The position numbers and the translations under genes were made by a program. Below the pieces are notes generated by a model, which worked only from the letters and a program-made list of their open reading frames with translations, had not been told where the DNA came from and did not search any database. Below are positions 10,234 to 19,627 of a stretch of 64,000 bases of DNA, in pieces (positions within the stretch are counted from its first letter, which is position 1; each line of letters begins with the position of its first letter). This DNA comes from a virus (taxonomy: Duplodnaviria; Heunggongvirae; Uroviricota; Caudoviricetes), in IMG/VR virus record IMGVR_UViG_3300031758_000005; one strand, given 5' to 3'.

Positions 10234-10842
10234 TCACACAATATATTTTTCTTTGAATTGTTCATTTACTAAATGTGGTTCATTTGAGTTCTCTATTGCA
10301 ATTAATAATTTTTCTCTATCACCATCTTTATCAGTCATAAACTTTATTATAGACAATACTTCTTCAATAGTATTGTCTTTTAAATGTTCATATATAACAA
10401 TTTTTGAATTGGGTATATATTTGAAAACCCATTTATTCAAAAAATGATTATAGAAAATTTTCTTTTCTTCAATCCAATCGTTATAGCGTCTATATTCTTG
10501 AAAGTTTATTAAATCCGTTGAACCCATTTCTTTTTTAAAATAATTATTATCTATGTTTTCCACTTCTAATTTATAGTAAGAGTTTAGACAATTTTCGGCA
10601 CCTCTTATTTGTATAAGATATTTTCTATCATTTTTAACTGGGGTGTATAAATGAATATCGTGATTTTTTTGTAAGTTCGTATTTTCATTTACATCAATCA
10701 TCAATTCCGGATTATTGTACATTTCGCAGTAATTAAGATCGTTTTTAAAATAATACTTTAATATTCTACTTAACCACGTGTGTCCACATCTAGGAAACGT
10801 AATACACTCAGTTACATATAATTCATTTACAATTCTTGTCAT
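10234..10842 (-). CDS. Sulfotransferase-domain protein
   Basis: N-terminal TFPRCGHTWL resembles the 5'-PAPS-binding TYPRSGTTW motif; also KNH..., LIQIR...NSYY and YEHLK. Confidence 0.62.
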   Translation of the reverse strand: MTRIVNELYVTECITFPRCGHTWLSRILKYYFKNDLNYCEMYNNPELMIDVNENTNLQKNHDIHLYTPVKNDRKYLIQIRGAENCLNSYYKLEVENIDNNYFKKEMGSTDLINFQEYRRYNDWIEEKKIFYNHFLNKWVFKYIPNSKIVIYEHLKDNTIEEVLSIIKFMTDKDGDREKLLIAIENSNEPHLVNEQFKEKYIV

Positions 10843-10936
10843 AACATCTTATATATATAATTTTAATATAAATCAATTCACTGTAAGTAAAAATATATTA
10901 CATATAAATCAATTAACACATTAATCTTTTTTGATA

Positions 10937-10944
10937 TATTTATA
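10937..10944 (+). promoter_or_regulatory. TATTTATA start-proximal motif (putative late promoter), representative copy
   Basis: 5 nt before ATG 10950. The same motif lies 3-6 nt before starts at 26140, 32789, 34897, 44627, 57283, 62490 (+) and 26072, 27704 (-). Confidence 0.6.
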
Positions 10945-10949
10945 AGTAT

Positions 10950-11483
10950 ATGTCTAAACTACAAGAATTGGGGGATCTCGGCGACAGAATGATGCAAGGT
11001 TTACCTTTCGCTCAAGGAGGAGCTGTTTCTGGTGCTTCTGATTTATCTACCTTTGCGAGTCCCGACGTATCTCAAGATCCAAATCATTTTGGCACACTGA
11101 CAGATAAAAGTAAAATTACAGTTAGTGCTAAAGATTCAATGTCAAAAGTAACTCCATTTGGTCCATATACTGGTCAAAATCCTAGAGATTATGTGGGAGA
11201 TGTTGAAAAAATCAAATACAAAGTAACTCCTGATGAAGTTATTATGGGTATTGATTATGAAATGAAGAAACTTGTGCTAAAAGATAAACAAGTGGCTAAA
11301 CAAAATGTTGTGAATAATCTAAAGAAAGATCCTCAATACTACAGTAAACTTCATATGTTGGATATAACAGATGAACCTGAAAAGATAGATGAAACAGATT
11401 ATCGTACCCCACAAGAAAAAGCTATAGCTGAAATAATGAGAAATTTGCACGAAGCAAAAAAACAACGTAGAAACTGGAACTAA
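10950..11483 (+). CDS. Putative virion protein with DUF5661-like module
   Basis: EVIMGIDYEMKK..AKQNVVNNLKKDPQYYSKL parallels the GIxIEMEH..DPKYYTKL module in ORF 11678. Confidence 0.55.
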   Translation: MSKLQELGDLGDRMMQGLPFAQGGAVSGASDLSTFASPDVSQDPNHFGTLTDKSKITVSAKDSMSKVTPFGPYTGQNPRDYVGDVEKIKYKVTPDEVIMGIDYEMKKLVLKDKQVAKQNVVNNLKKDPQYYSKLHMLDITDEPEKIDETDYRTPQEKAIAEIMRNLHEAKKQRRNWN

Positions 11484-11484
11484 T

Positions 11485-11685
11485 ATGGCTAACTTTGCTA
11501 AAGATAAACCCACATACCGTAAGGCCGATCCACTTCACAAAGGTTGGCACTATATTGGCGACGGCAGATTTCACGATCCAAGTGTTGGTAGCGATCCAAT
11601 GAGAGGTCGTAGATGGATGATTGATCCAGGAGCTGGTAGTGGTAAAAGCTTTTCAAAATTTCAACAAGGACTAAAGAATGATTAA
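11485..11685 (+). CDS. Hypothetical protein
   Basis: 66-aa ORF in a tightly packed operon. Confidence 0.6.
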   Translation: MANFAKDKPTYRKADPLHKGWHYIGDGRFHDPSVGSDPMRGRRWMIDPGAGSGKSFSKFQQGLKND

Positions 11686-12934
11686 TAATTTATTAAAATT
11701 ACCAGGAGGAGAAGGTGACAGTACACCACCAGATCAAGTTGATCCTACTCAACTAAGTACCGGTATACAAATTGAGATGGAACATACCAATGATGTAGAA
11801 ATTGCTAAAGAAATTGCTGTGGATCATTTAACCGAAGATCCTAAGTATTATACAAAATTAGTTAATGCTGGATTGGCTAAGGAATTTCAAGCAGGTACTA
11901 GTTCTGGATTTGGTGACCCCAATTCAAGTTTAAATGATCCAGCAAGAATTGGTATGGGTGGATTAAAAAAAGGAAATATGGGTGGATCTATTGGTGGTAC
12001 GTCAAATGGAGAAGTTGATGGAAGACGCAGTAAACCCATTGTAAATAAGACTATTGACATCGAATTGGAAGGTCAAACTTTTAATAGCTTAGAAGAAGCT
12101 TTATTGGACGAAAAGAAAAGAAGAAAGAAAGGCAAAGGTAAAAGAAAACCGAAGCCAACCAATCCTGCTTTATGGTCTAGAGCCAAATCCGCAGCAAGAT
12201 CTAAATTTGATGTTTATCCTTCAGCTTATGCTAATGGTTGGGCCGCTAAATGGTACAAGAGAAAAGGCGGCGGTTGGAGAATGAGTGAATCTTATCCAGC
12301 TCAAGCTATGGAAAGTCCATTTCCATCAGATGCAACAATGACTGGATCTGGTACAAATGGCAGTGGATATGATTTTGTCGGATATGCAGAAAGCAAACAA
12401 ACTATGAATAAACAACAACTAAAAGAAGCTATCAAAAAAATGATTCGTGAAATGGAACAAGATGATGTTAATGTAGATGCAGAAAAAGAATCTGTAACTA
12501 TTACATTGGATCGTGAACTTGCTCAAAAACTACACGATTTATTAATGACACAATTAACTCCTGCGGGAGAAGATGCAGAACAAACTCCAGCTGGACCAGA
12601 AGATGCAAATGCCGTAGTACCCGCTGAAGATGATGTGGAAGCTAAAGCTGATAATATGAGCAGCGATCAATTGCCAATTAAGGCTGGTGGCGAAAGTGGT
12701 GAATCTGTTGATGATGTTACATCCGACGAATCCGATTCAATGGATGAAGCTAAAAAACAATGGATACAAAAAGCCATTAGCAAACCAGGCGCTTTGAAGA
12801 AAGCGTTACACGTTCCAGCTGGAGAAAAGATTCCAGCTAAAAAATTAGCCGCAGCTGCAAAAAAAGGTGGAAAAATGGGCCAAAGAGCAAGATTGGCTAA
12901 AACACTTCGTAAGTTAAAAGAAAGTCTAGAATAA
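11678..12934 (+). CDS. Modular putative head/internal protein (DUF5661-like plus basic modules)
   Basis: GIQIEMEHTNDVEIAKEIAVDHLTEDPKYYTKL; basic modules KPTNPALWSRAK..YKRKGGGW and WIQKAISKPGAL..RARLAKTL. Confidence 0.65.
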   Translation: MINNLLKLPGGEGDSTPPDQVDPTQLSTGIQIEMEHTNDVEIAKEIAVDHLTEDPKYYTKLVNAGLAKEFQAGTSSGFGDPNSSLNDPARIGMGGLKKGNMGGSIGGTSNGEVDGRRSKPIVNKTIDIELEGQTFNSLEEALLDEKKRRKKGKGKRKPKPTNPALWSRAKSAARSKFDVYPSAYANGWAAKWYKRKGGGWRMSESYPAQAMESPFPSDATMTGSGTNGSGYDFVGYAESKQTMNKQQLKEAIKKMIREMEQDDVNVDAEKESVTITLDRELAQKLHDLLMTQLTPAGEDAEQTPAGPEDANAVVPAEDDVEAKADNMSSDQLPIKAGGESGESVDDVTSDESDSMDEAKKQWIQKAISKPGALKKALHVPAGEKIPAKKLAAAAKKGGKMGQRARLAKTLRKLKESLE

Positions 12935-12951
12935 TATTCAAATTAAGATCT

Positions 12952-14508
12952 ATGAACGAAACAGACAATTCAGCGTTAGCAAATTATAAAGCATTTCAAA
13001 AGTATAAAGATTATGCTTTAAAAATGATTTCAAAACTTGAAAAAATAAAAGCAATTGGAAAAGGTAAAATACCTACTGGCGACATTGTTACGCAAAGTTC
13101 TGTTGGGTCTGTTATTGTTGGTTTGGGTGATAGATTTCCAGAATTGACAACCAAATTAAAAGGTTTGTTAAAGCATTCGTTCAATCATAGTGATTTAGTT
13201 AAGTTACATCAAACAGGTAAAATAGATCTTAATAATTGGGAAGATCGATCTTTAAATGAAATTATGTCTGAAATAAATCGTATTAAACATCAAGTTAATA
13301 ATTTAAAGTCGGAAAACGCAGAAATGGCTCAAAGTGATGTTACTAAAATTATTGATTATAGTGAAAAACTACAATCGATGTTTGATGTAAATGATAACTT
13401 GGAAGATTGGGTAAAAGCCAAGTTAAATCACGCATGCGATTATGTGGCTACGGTACGTGATTATTTGAAGTTTTATCGGGATGAAAAAGAAGCTGGTACT
13501 TCTGACGATCAGATAGATGAAAAATGGACAAATAAGTATAAAAAGCGTATAAATTGTAACAACCCCAAAGGTTTTAGTCAAAAGGCACATTGTAAAGCTA
13601 GAAGACTAAGACAGATGGGTAAAAAGACAAAGAGTAAACCAGTAAAAGAAATATATGAAGCGGTTGTACGTCATATGTTAAAAGAATTCAATAGCAGTAT
13701 GGCTATGGGTGCTTTGAAACAACTTAACAGTGATGCTAAAGAATTGGAAACAATGTTACAACCAAACTCTGAGTTGGAGGATTGGGTAAAAGCTAAGTTA
13801 AACTTAGCCGGTGAATATTTGGATGATGTTTATCATCATCTAGACCATTTTGGTCCACAAGGCAGAAAGTTTGATGAAGTGAAAATTGCGCATAATCTTG
13901 AAGAAGGTTGGAAAGACTGGGTTGCTGCAGGAGCAATTGGATTGGGTGCAATGTCTGGAGATGTTGATGCGGCTAAAATAAAACCCGCAAATCAAGCTAC
14001 AGTAACTCAAAATGTTCAAAAACCTTCTCAGAATCAACCATACACAGTTGAAGATGTTATTGCTGCTACAATCGTAGACGAAGCTGGTGGAGAAAAGAAT
14101 GCTTACGAGGGTATGCAAGCTGTTTTAAATGTAATTATGAATCGTGTTAACGGAGACATTAGAAAAGCATCGATGCAATGTTTAAAACCATATCAATTTA
14201 GCGGATGGAATAAAGTTAATAAAAAAGATATCAATGATATTAAAAAATATATCGATTCAAAGAAGAGTCATACAAGATTTAAACTCGCACTCGATTTAGT
14301 TAATAAAGCAAAAAGTGGTTCTTTAAAAGACATTACTAAAGGTGCAAATCATTTTTTAAATGTAACCACACAACAACGATCCGGCGGTAAATTACCATCT
14401 TGGTATAGTAAAGATAAAGTTGTCGCTGATATAGGCAGACATCGGTTTCTTAAATTAGAATCGTTAAAGCCTCTCGGAGAATACTTTGGTTTTACAACTT
14501 ATTTCTAA
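12952..14508 (+). CDS. Modular virion protein with C-terminal SleB-like (Hydrolase_2) cell-wall hydrolase
   Basis: TIVDEAGGE (catalytic Glu), AVLNVIMNRV, PYQFSGWN, TKGANHF, IGRHRF. The upstream module LEDWVKAKLN is duplicated. Confidence 0.75.
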   Translation: MNETDNSALANYKAFQKYKDYALKMISKLEKIKAIGKGKIPTGDIVTQSSVGSVIVGLGDRFPELTTKLKGLLKHSFNHSDLVKLHQTGKIDLNNWEDRSLNEIMSEINRIKHQVNNLKSENAEMAQSDVTKIIDYSEKLQSMFDVNDNLEDWVKAKLNHACDYVATVRDYLKFYRDEKEAGTSDDQIDEKWTNKYKKRINCNNPKGFSQKAHCKARRLRQMGKKTKSKPVKEIYEAVVRHMLKEFNSSMAMGALKQLNSDAKELETMLQPNSELEDWVKAKLNLAGEYLDDVYHHLDHFGPQGRKFDEVKIAHNLEEGWKDWVAAGAIGLGAMSGDVDAAKIKPANQATVTQNVQKPSQNQPYTVEDVIAATIVDEAGGEKNAYEGMQAVLNVIMNRVNGDIRKASMQCLKPYQFSGWNKVNKKDINDIKKYIDSKKSHTRFKLALDLVNKAKSGSLKDITKGANHFLNVTTQQRSGGKLPSWYSKDKVVADIGRHRFLKLESLKPLGEYFGFTTYF

Positions 14509-14511
14509 GTT

Positions 14512-14847
14512 ATGAATGAATGGCCAACAGTACCAATGGGTAACTTACAAGCTATGATGGTAATGCGTCAACAGAGTGCGCCTGTATCATCTATTAATGC
14601 TTTTGACCCATATCAAGCTATGTTGAGACGTAAACAATCAAATACATCAGATGATAATGGTTATATTAATGCCGAAGTAGAACAGTATGATCCTAAAGAT
14701 ATAGAAGCATTGGAAGAGTTTTGTCAACAATATGGTATAATGGGATTTAACTTTGGTAAAATGAATCCTAAGTCAACATTACGAATGTTGAAGAATAAAA
14801 TGGGAATCGTAGAAAAAGTAAATAATAAAAAAATGTTACTTGACTAG
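14512..14847 (+). CDS. Hypothetical protein
   Basis: 111-aa ORF in the operon. Confidence 0.6.
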   Translation: MNEWPTVPMGNLQAMMVMRQQSAPVSSINAFDPYQAMLRRKQSNTSDDNGYINAEVEQYDPKDIEALEEFCQQYGIMGFNFGKMNPKSTLRMLKNKMGIVEKVNNKKMLLD

Positions 14848-14868
14848 TTTAAGATAGTTATTTTTGTT

Positions 14869-16257
14869 ATGGTAAAGTTAATTAATGCTAAAAACTCCCC
14901 TCTTAATCTTGAAGTTTTGGTTGATTCTGATATTGATAATGTACCAGCATTATTTTTGTGGGAGGATTATATTACAAAAATACCACAACACAGTGAAGTT
15001 ATAAAACTACACGCTAATTCTGGATATTATTCGGGATTAAATAAAGGTATAGATTTTTTCAAAAATGACATCATATTCAAAATAATAAGACTTGATACAT
15101 ACGAAGTAATATTTACACATCTTTTCAAAAATTTTAGTTTTATAAACGGAAAAAATGTTCTTTATATTTCCCAAAATAATTACAGTGGATATAGCTATTC
15201 TGCTAGAAATTATATATTTCAATTATTACAAAACGATTTTAAAGTTCATTGGATAAATAATTTATTTGGAACTTCTACATATAAACCGTGTAATGATGAG
15301 GAGTTGGAAGTTTTTAACTGCGAAAATAAATACGATCCTAATATAGTTTACGATTCGATAATAGTACATAACATCCCCAGTGGGTGGGACGATGTTGGAA
15401 AATATTTTAGAATTGCAAAAAAAGTGTACGGCCTTACAACCTGGGAAACAACACACTTACACGAAGATTGGGTGAAATTTATCAATTCTAGTGTTGTACA
15501 CGAAGTAATTGTGCCATCACATTTTAATAAAAAGACATTTACAGAAAGTGGTATTAATAAAAAGATTAATATATGGTATCACGATGTGTTTAGCTTTGTA
15601 AACAATAAAGATTTAAATGTATCCAACGTTTTAAATAAATTTTATTTATATCAAGACAACCGATATGTTCAATCAGATTCTTTTATTAAAACAATATTGG
15701 ATAATAATACCGTTTATTATAACATAAGTCAGTATAACGAACGAAAAAACCTGAATCAAGTTGTTTCTACTTTTTGTAAAAAATTCACAGCTGATGATAA
15801 TGTATGTTTGTTTATCAAAACATATTTCAAAGAATTTACCATTTCTCAAAAAGAAATGTTGAAGTATAAATTTGCAGAACTTCTCAATACGTATGATAAT
15901 ATCCCACCAATTATATTTTGCTTTGATGACTTAAATGACGATGAAATAAACTTAATACACGAATTTGGAGATGTTTATTTTACTCTAAATAGAGGTGAGG
16001 GGTTTGGTTTGTGTACATATACCGCTAAAAAGATTGGTAACAAAATCATATGCGGTAAATTTGGCGCAGAAAAAGAATTTTTGTCTATTACCGATTCATT
16101 AATAAATTACACATTAGAATCTCCATTTAATATGGAGGTGTATCATAATTGGTATAATGATGATAGACAAAAATGGGCAACATATAATGACAAAGACGTT
16201 TTGGATGTTTTACGGTACTATCCAAAAACCATCAAACAAAAATACAATTATAAATGA
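14869..16257 (+). CDS. GT-B (GT4-like) glycosyltransferase
   Basis: LTTWETT, NISQYNERKNL and DVYFTLNRGEGFGL motifs. Confidence 0.85.
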   Translation: MVKLINAKNSPLNLEVLVDSDIDNVPALFLWEDYITKIPQHSEVIKLHANSGYYSGLNKGIDFFKNDIIFKIIRLDTYEVIFTHLFKNFSFINGKNVLYISQNNYSGYSYSARNYIFQLLQNDFKVHWINNLFGTSTYKPCNDEELEVFNCENKYDPNIVYDSIIVHNIPSGWDDVGKYFRIAKKVYGLTTWETTHLHEDWVKFINSSVVHEVIVPSHFNKKTFTESGINKKINIWYHDVFSFVNNKDLNVSNVLNKFYLYQDNRYVQSDSFIKTILDNNTVYYNISQYNERKNLNQVVSTFCKKFTADDNVCLFIKTYFKEFTISQKEMLKYKFAELLNTYDNIPPIIFCFDDLNDDEINLIHEFGDVYFTLNRGEGFGLCTYTAKKIGNKIICGKFGAEKEFLSITDSLINYTLESPFNMEVYHNWYNDDRQKWATYNDKDVLDVLRYYPKTIKQKYNYK

Positions 16258-16280
16258 AAAAACCCCCTTTCGGGGGTTTT
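16257..16280. terminator. Bidirectional intrinsic terminator
   Basis: AAAAAACCCCC-TTTC-GGGGGTTTT between convergent genes. Confidence 0.8.
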
Positions 16281-16283
16281 GTT

Positions 16284-16544
16284 TTAAAGACTGAACTTTT
16301 GTTTTCTCAATTCGGATGGTAATAGTTCATCCAATGGTTCCAGACAGTTGACACAGTATGGTATATTAATTGGTACCAATGCGTCTTTATCTGTACCAGC
16401 TAGGATTTTACTTACTTTTCTAAACATAACACCGTTTTGAAAAACAGCGCCTTGACATTCAGTACATTGTACCGATTGTGTATCTTTCAATCCAAAATTA
16501 ACATTTGGGGTTTGATTCATTCCTTGTATTTTGTTATTAAACAT
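16284..16544 (-). CDS. Small CxxC...CxxC zinc-finger hypothetical protein
   Basis: QCTECQ and YCVNCL motifs. Confidence 0.6.
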   Translation of the reverse strand: MFNNKIQGMNQTPNVNFGLKDTQSVQCTECQGAVFQNGVMFRKVSKILAGTDKDALVPINIPYCVNCLEPLDELLPSELRKQKFSL

Positions 16545-16547
16545 AAT

Positions 16548-16946
16548 TTATATTCCTTTTCTTTTTTTGTAATCTTCTAACGCTGCGTTAAGTGCTTCGT
16601 GTGCTAATACCGAACAATGAATTTTTACTGGTGGTAAACCACCCAATGCTTCTACTATATTATCATTACTAAAGTTTTTTTCAAGTTCTTCTATTGTTCT
16701 ACCTTTTATTAATTCTGTAGCCATAGATGAAGCTGCTATAGCACTACCACAACCAAACGTCTTGAATCTAGCATCAATTACACGATTGGTTGTTTCATCT
16801 ATTTTGAGACTAATTTTCATTATGTCTCCACAAGCAGCTGCGCCAACTTCGCCAACAGCATCGGCTTCTTTTATATCACCCATATTACGTGGGTTTATAA
16901 AATGATCCATTACTGTTTCGTTATATAATGTATAGGATTCACTCAT
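16548..16946 (-). CDS. iscU: Fe-S cluster assembly scaffold IscU/NifU-N
   Basis: DHFINPRNMG, ACGDIM, FKTFGCGSAIAASS and LPPVKIHCSVLA; all three Cys ligands are present. Confidence 0.95.
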   Translation of the reverse strand: MSESYTLYNETVMDHFINPRNMGDIKEADAVGEVGAAACGDIMKISLKIDETTNRVIDARFKTFGCGSAIAASSMATELIKGRTIEELEKNFSNDNIVEALGGLPPVKIHCSVLAHEALNAALEDYKKRKGI

Positions 16947-18058
16947 AGTCCGATTTGTTTAAGATCGTTTTTAACCATCTTATCAACAAGTTGTTCAAAT
17001 GAAGTTTTTGGTTCCCACTTTAATTCGTTTCTAGCTTTGGTACTGTCTCCTAACAACAAATCCACTTCCGCTGGTCTATAAAATTTAGGATTGATCTTGA
17101 CTAATACAGAAGATACAGGTTCATATTTTATTGCATCTTGTGTAGTAATACTAAACTCAGCAGATTCAGCCTCTCCATGCCACCCACCATCAATATCAGC
17201 CGCTTTAAATGCATACCATACAAACTCAGCAATAGTATGTGTTTCATTGCTTGAAAGTACATATTCATTTGGTGTCTCTTGATTTAACATTTTCCAAATA
17301 CCATCAACAAAGTCCTCGGCATCACTCCAATCTCTTTTAGCTTTAACATTACCCAATTCAATTGGTTGAAACGATTTACCTTCAGATATTGCTTTTTTAA
17401 TTCTAGCTACCCCCTTGGTAATCTTACGGGTAACAAACTCTTCTCCTCTTCTGGTACCTTCGTGATTAAACAACAAACCTTGTACCGCATACAAATTGTA
17501 ACTTTCTCTATACACTTTAACCAGTTGTCTAGCAGCTGATTTGCTTGCTCCATATGGACTACGAGGTTTGGATGGATGATTTTCATCTTGCGGCACATAA
17601 GCGACGTTGCCATATTCTTCGGATGAACCAGCGTTATAGAATCTACAAGTTGGTTTATGTTGACGAATAGCTTCTAGGATGTGAATTACCCCAGTAGTAT
17701 TACATTCCCAAGTTTGAGCTGGAAAGTCCCAGCTACTACCAACAAATGTCTGTGCTGCCAAATTAATAAAGTACTCTGGTTTTAACTTTTCTACAATTTT
17801 GCTAATACTATGTGCATCACTCAAATCAAAGTTAACTAATTTAAATCTGGGGTTGTTTTCTAAGTGTCTAATGTTTTCGTGATTTTTGATACTTAGTCTT
17901 CTAGCACCCCCCACGATGAAATAGTCTGTGTTTTTCAACAGATAATCTACCATAAAGCTGCCATCTTGACCAGTCACACCTGTAACAAATGCAACTTTTT
18001 TGTTTTCCATAAACGGAACAACATCATTAATATTATATATTTCCATAAGATATTTCAT
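16943..18058 (-). CDS. gmd: GDP-mannose 4,6-dehydratase
   Basis: TGVTGQDGS, NLAAQTFVGSSW, PRSPYGASK, FNHE, GEEFVTRKI and RPAEVDLLLGD. Start at 18058 (ATGA overlap) or 18010. Confidence 0.95.
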   Translation of the reverse strand: MKYLMEIYNINDVVPFMENKKVAFVTGVTGQDGSFMVDYLLKNTDYFIVGGARRLSIKNHENIRHLENNPRFKLVNFDLSDAHSISKIVEKLKPEYFINLAAQTFVGSSWDFPAQTWECNTTGVIHILEAIRQHKPTCRFYNAGSSEEYGNVAYVPQDENHPSKPRSPYGASKSAARQLVKVYRESYNLYAVQGLLFNHEGTRRGEEFVTRKITKGVARIKKAISEGKSFQPIELGNVKAKRDWSDAEDFVDGIWKMLNQETPNEYVLSSNETHTIAEFVWYAFKAADIDGGWHGEAESAEFSITTQDAIKYEPVSSVLVKINPKFYRPAEVDLLLGDSTKARNELKWEPKTSFEQLVDKMVKNDLKQIGL

Positions 18059-18528
18059 TCAAAACCTGATTCTTCGTCTTCGTCCTCTTCATCTAAATAG
18101 TCTTCATCTTCTCTGTTATTAATATTATATTTTTCTTTAAAATCCGCAACATCATCATTTGTGATACTACAAAGAAAAAATACAGCTTGTATATACAATA
18201 TTATTTCTTCCTTTGTAAATTTATTCTTTTTGAAATATTCACTAATCTCATTTGATGCCGATGCTATTTTCTTTTGAACTGCTGGAGAAATTTTGATTTT
18301 AGGTGGCGCACCTTCTAATATTATTCCTGGTATATCATCAATTATTGAATCATCTATGTGATTATTTATAATATGTTTATACACTTCATCTTCAATTTTA
18401 TTTTCGGGTACACCATTTTTCAACAACTTATTTTTTATATTCTTTACTTTTGTGGGACTTACTTTTTTACATATATTGAATGATGATAGTATGCCATTTT
18501 GAGATAATAGATGATTTATATTATTCAT
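18055..18528 (-). CDS. Hypothetical protein with acidic tail
   Basis: 157-aa ORF coupled to gmd. Confidence 0.6.
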   Translation of the reverse strand: MNNINHLLSQNGILSSFNICKKVSPTKVKNIKNKLLKNGVPENKIEDEVYKHIINNHIDDSIIDDIPGIILEGAPPKIKISPAVQKKIASASNEISEYFKKNKFTKEEIILYIQAVFFLCSITNDDVADFKEKYNINNREDEDYLDEEDEDEESGFE

Positions 18529-18548
18529 TGTAATATTATGTATAGTTG

Positions 18549-19292
18549 TTAAAATCTCTGACGCAAAATCTTTTTACTATCTTGTAGTATATCAGGATCA
18601 AATATTTTTGGTCCTTTGCTGATATAACCTTTACCACTCGTAAATGTACAATTGTAACAAAGCAGTCTCATATTTTCTATTTTATGATTCTTGTTGTTAC
18701 CGTCTTCAAAATTTAACAATAATGGTAACTTACCATCAAGTATACGTCTTTCTCTAAATTCACACTGTTCACATTCTGCTTTTTTGATGCCTGATCTAAT
18801 CAACTTATCTTTTAGTCTATGTACTGGAAACTCAGGATGTTTACCATCCAATATATCATTAATAGGATATTTTCCTCTATATGGATTAATTGGACCACGC
18901 GGACGAGAAGTTTTTACAATAGGCCATCCTTTAGTTTTGTGTACGCCATATTTTTTAGCATACATTTTAAACGTAGGATAACTTACTCCCAAAAACTTTG
19001 CTGCTTTTCTAGCTGAAACAGTTCGTTCGATTGCTTCTAATATTTCAGATTCGGTAATTGGTTTTCTTTTTTTACCATCTGTAGGACGCTTTGGATAAAG
19101 CTGATCTGCATATTGGTTTTCTAAGTGGGGAATAGTAATGCCTTTTCCCTGCAATATTCTTATTTGTTCAATTTCAAGTTTTACGTCTTCTCCAATTTCA
19201 CTCAATGACAATAATTTCTCAACTTTAATTTTAAGGTCTTCAAGTTCTTTTAACTTTCGAGTTATTTCTTCGTTATCAAATATATTGTTCAT
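18549..19292 (-). CDS. HTH + degenerate HNH-fold protein
   Basis: HTH-like SARKAAKFLGVSYPTFKMY; CEQC...LLLNFEDGNNKNHKIENMRLLCYNC with the catalytic His positions replaced. Confidence 0.6.
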   Translation of the reverse strand: MNNIFDNEEITRKLKELEDLKIKVEKLLSLSEIGEDVKLEIEQIRILQGKGITIPHLENQYADQLYPKRPTDGKKRKPITESEILEAIERTVSARKAAKFLGVSYPTFKMYAKKYGVHKTKGWPIVKTSRPRGPINPYRGKYPINDILDGKHPEFPVHRLKDKLIRSGIKKAECEQCEFRERRILDGKLPLLLNFEDGNNKNHKIENMRLLCYNCTFTSGKGYISKGPKIFDPDILQDSKKILRQRF

Positions 19293-19627
19293 TAGTATTT
19301 AGATGATGATATTGGTTCTTTAGCTAAATCTATTTCAGTGCTATTGTAAAATACTCTACGTAGAGTTTCCGCTCTAAATGGAAATGATGCATTCAAAAGT
19401 ACTTTGTATGTATTTACTATTTTTTCTTTGCTATTTTTCCTTTTTAATGATTTAACAACCATTATAGGATTAACTAAAAAGTCATCGTCTTCTTTTAAAG
19501 TTTTAATTTTATCTTCAATGCATCGTGTACAAGCTTCTATATGAGGATCATCAAATATAGTTTCGTCAATTGATATCGTCATAGACCAGTTTGCGGATTT
19601 AACCAAGTAATTATTTTTATTTAACAT
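19292..19627 (-). CDS. Hypothetical protein
   Basis: 111-aa ORF in the operon. Confidence 0.6.
   Translation of the reverse strand: MLNKNNYLVKSANWSMTISIDETIFDDPHIEACTRCIEDKIKTLKEDDDFLVNPIMVVKSLKRKNSKEKIVNTYKVLLNASFPFRAETLRRVFYNSTEIDLAKEPISSSKY

Noticed and set aside
10866-10914. 13-bp direct repeat ATATAAATCAATT in a divergent intergenic region
   Set aside because: Only two copies in very AT-rich DNA. It could be an operator, but there is not enough support to call one.
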